From an uncultured cyanobacterium (lineage in GTDB: Bacteria; Cyanobacteriota; Cyanobacteriia; Cyanobacteriales; CAWCAG01), in the NCBI GenBank assembly GCA_963803805.1, contig CAWDOD010000002.1, forward strand, positions 1,184,001 to 1,248,000: DNA of 64,000 nt, given 5' to 3'. The translations under genes were made by a program, and so were the position numbers. Below, one piece after another: positions 61,156 through 64,000 of the stretch. The notes beneath the pieces are model-generated. The model was not told the origin of the DNA. It saw nothing but the letters and a program-made list of their open reading frames with translations, and made no database searches. The first letter of the stretch is position 1. Every line of letters begins with the position of its first letter.

Positions 61156-62106
61156 ATGAACAGCTTATTAGGGGAAAAAATCAAAAGGAAAGTTAAAACG
61201 CAAATAGAAAATATTGCTCCTTATAATAGTTTTCAAAAGCCAATTTTTATTATTTCGCCACCACGTTCTGGCTCGACATTACTTTTTCATTGTTTACAAC
61301 AGTTTGAAGAGCTTTATTTTCTCCAAAGTGAGGCAGATTATATTTGGTGGCCTATTTTTCCCTATGAGAAAATGGCTAAGCCTGCTGATTATATAGGGAA
61401 AAAACAGTTATCCTATCAAAATATTCGTAATTTAAGAAAACGGATTTATGAAGACTCTGTAAAAAACTATTTAAGAAACCATCATCAAGAATCTCCCCGT
61501 GACTATCTTTTTGGTTTAAAATCAATTCGCTATTTAGATAAAACGATTGCTAATTGTTTCCATTTAGAATTTTTGGCAAAAGCTTTTCCTACTGCTCAAT
61601 ATATTTTTTTAGTTAGAGATCCTAGAGCTACTATTAGTAGCATGATTGAAGGCTGGCCATATCCAGAGCGCTTTGGCAAGCCTCAATTAACTCCTATTAT
61701 TCAACAAGATAGTACAGCAAAGATAGAACATTGGTCTTATCCTGCTCCTCCTGATTGGCAAACAGTTATTAATCAACCTTTACCACACATTTGTGCTTGG
61801 AGTTGGCAACAACATATTGAATATCCTTTAAACTTTTTTCAAGGGCGATCGCTAGATCTAAAATGGGTTCGCTATGAAGATTTGCTTGAGAATTTCGAGG
61901 GAGTAATTGAAGATTTAGCTAAGTATTTTAAATTAAAGCTAAATAGTAGAGTTGAAAATTATACAAAGGCCCCACCCATAAGTCCTACTGCTATATCTAA
62001 ACCTGATCCAATTAAGTGGAAGAGCAATAATTATAAGCAGATTGAAGCAATATTTCCTCGGATAGAGAAAATCTCTCAAAAAATAGGCTACGATCTTAAT
62101 CCATAA
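61156..62106 (+). CDS. Sulfotransferase (Sulfotransfer_3-like)
   Basis: PPRSGSTLL, DKT, RDPRA..SS and RYEDL. Confidence 0.88.
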   Translation: MNSLLGEKIKRKVKTQIENIAPYNSFQKPIFIISPPRSGSTLLFHCLQQFEELYFLQSEADYIWWPIFPYEKMAKPADYIGKKQLSYQNIRNLRKRIYEDSVKNYLRNHHQESPRDYLFGLKSIRYLDKTIANCFHLEFLAKAFPTAQYIFLVRDPRATISSMIEGWPYPERFGKPQLTPIIQQDSTAKIEHWSYPAPPDWQTVINQPLPHICAWSWQQHIEYPLNFFQGRSLDLKWVRYEDLLENFEGVIEDLAKYFKLKLNSRVENYTKAPPISPTAISKPDPIKWKSNNYKQIEAIFPRIEKISQKIGYDLNP

Positions 62107-62318
62107 GAAACGTTGGTTGCATCTACAACTGTCAACTAAATAACCTTTCCTAAATTAACTAAGCTGGGGGAATTCGTATTTAATTGCTACAAACAGACTG
62201 AATTAAATTCAGCTATTTTATTCTGTTTTTTTGAAAGACATTCTGCTTTGAAGAAAGCATCTTTAGAATTAGCTGAATAATCTAGTAAATGCTTTTTAGC
62301 TATTAGTATAGTAGTGAG

Positions 62319-63243
62319 ATGATCAACTTAAAAACTAACCTCAAAAAGAACATTAAAAAGGTTTTAATCAGGTTTGATATTAGACACAAAGCTGTCCCAG
62401 ATAACATTTATCATTGTTGTGTTCAAAAAACAGCTAGTCAATGGGTCAAATCAATATTATCTGACCCCAGGGTATATAAATATTCTGGCTTAGTAAGCTA
62501 TAACTACGAGCATAATCTACCCCAGGGTTTTGATCCGAGGAACTTACACGAAAAAAGTATTCAGTTTTCTTTACCAACCAGGACTATAGTTAGCCCTTTA
62601 TATATGGATTTTGCTAGCTTTCAATCTATCCCTAAACCCAAACAATATAAAGCATTTTTTATCAGCCGTGATCCGAGAGATATTGTAGTTTCTTGGTATT
62701 TTTCCATGAAATATTCTCATGCAGAGATGGCATTGGTAAAGGTTCATAGAGACAAGCTCAACTGCTTTATCTTTAGAAGAAGGATTAATTTATTGCATCA
62801 AATATCTAAACCGTTATGGAATTTTCCAGACTCTAAAATCTTGGCAGGAAGCTCAGAATCAGGATACTAATTTGCAATTGATTAAGTATGAAGATATTAC
62901 AGGAACAAATAATCTTGTAAGTTTTCAAAAATTGTTTGCTCATTTAGACATTCCTCTGCCAGAAGATACTTTATTGAATTTACTCCAGGATTACTCTTTT
63001 AAAAAACTTAGTGGTGGCAGAAAACCAGGAGAAGAAAATCAACTATCTCACTATCGTAAAGGGACTCCTGGAGATTGGCGAAAGTATTTTAAGCAAGAAA
63101 CATCATCTTTCTTTCGCAGTATAACAGGTAATTTAACCAAGCAATTAAATTACACAATCGATAATTCGACATCAACATCCAACATCCAACATCCAAGGCA
63201 ACATCAGGGTCTAAAAACTAAATATGAATGTTTTACACATTAA
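62319..63243 (+). pseudogene. Sulfotransferase with a +1 frameshift near 62760 (real or assembly error)
   Basis: Removing one A joins ...HRDKL to TALSLEEGL...KYED...RKGTPGDW. Confidence 0.75.
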
Positions 63244-64000
63244 TCAATCTGACATTAATGGCGGTGCTGCTATTGCTGGCTATAGATTACATCAGGGGTT
63301 ATTAAGAGACGGGTATTAATTCCCGTCTTCTTGTTGCCTCACCTCAAACAAAAAGCAGCAACATAGCACCTATTCCCCGTAAAATGCGTTGGGAAGCAAG
63401 AATCGCCCCTTTTACTGAATCTTTAGGCTTTAATTACTTACAATTTGTTGGTTCGTTTGTGATTCCGAAACACAAGTTTTACAAAGAAGCAGAGATTCTC
63501 AATTTTCACAACCTCCATAGTGGTAAATTCTCTTATTTAGCCCTGCCCTTACTTAACTTAAACAAACCTGCTGTATTTACCCTCCATGATATGTGGAGTT
63601 TCACCGGACATTGTGCTTATAGTTATGGCTGCGATCGCTGGCAAACTGGTTGTGGTAACTGCCCTCATTTAGATAGCTATCCTGCTGTTAAAAAAGATAA
63701 TACTAATTGGGAATGGCAACTCAAAAAATTAGTTTACCGCCTTTCTAAATTAACCATAGTTACCCCAAGTAAATGGTTAGCAAGTCAAGCCAAACAAAGT
63801 ATGCTCAATCGCTTTCCTATTCATCATATTCCTAATGGTGTAGATACGGAAATTTATCATCCCCTCAATAAAGAAGAATGTCGGTTCAACTTAGGTATAC
63901 CCCAAGATAAAAAAGTATTAATATTTGGGGCGCAGGATCTCAGAAATCCGATTAAAGGGCGAGATTTATTATTGAAAGCCCTACAAAATTTACCCGAAGT
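63224..64000 (+). pseudogene. GT4 glycosyltransferase (WcaC-like), +1 frameshift at 63311-63313, runs off the window; missing from the ORF track
   Basis: MNVLHINQSDINGGAAIAGYRLHQGLL, then in the shifted frame INSRLLV...NFHNLH...TLHDMWSFTGHC...TPSKWL...IPNGVD. Confidence 0.8.

Noticed and set aside
1-64000. Abundant GCGATCGC octamer
   Set aside because: Known HIP1; used only as a taxonomic clue.

Overview
AT-rich cyanobacterial chromosomal window (more than 20 HIP1 GCGATCGC octamers, heptamer/octamer STRR tracts, ndhH, vipp1, plqA/ubiA, three Uma2 genes). Housekeeping genes (pfkA, ppx, apt, tsaE, ndhH, tRNA-Leu(UAA), tRNA-Lys(UUU)) are interleaved with many signalling loci. Two operons stand out. 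(1) 10397-5479 (-): an ammonium transporter-HAMP/PAS-PP2C phosphatase fusion, an Slr1658/SiaB-like kinase, an Slr1659/SiaC-like STAS protein and a PAS-adenylate cyclase, which reads as an ammonium-gated partner-switching circuit with cAMP output. (2) 40014-35964 (-): a coiled-coil protein, a membrane protein with a cytoplasmic longin/roadblock-like domain plus periplasmic BON and OmpA domains, and a Rab-like small GTPase, followed by a CRP-box-like palindrome and a second adenylate cyclase. Also present: an exported TPR-CHAT / Tat-caspase pair sharing a duplicated upstream element (one copy abutted by a MITE with a nested REPIN-like cassette), a CcaS-type GAF kinase lacking its bilin Cys, an FHA gene triplet, a porin-type SLH-VWA fusion, and the start of a sulfotransferase/glycosyltransferase cluster. 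Three single-base frameshifts may be assembly errors. No CRISPR array, rRNA or intact transposase was seen. All family calls come from motif recognition by eye, with no database searches.
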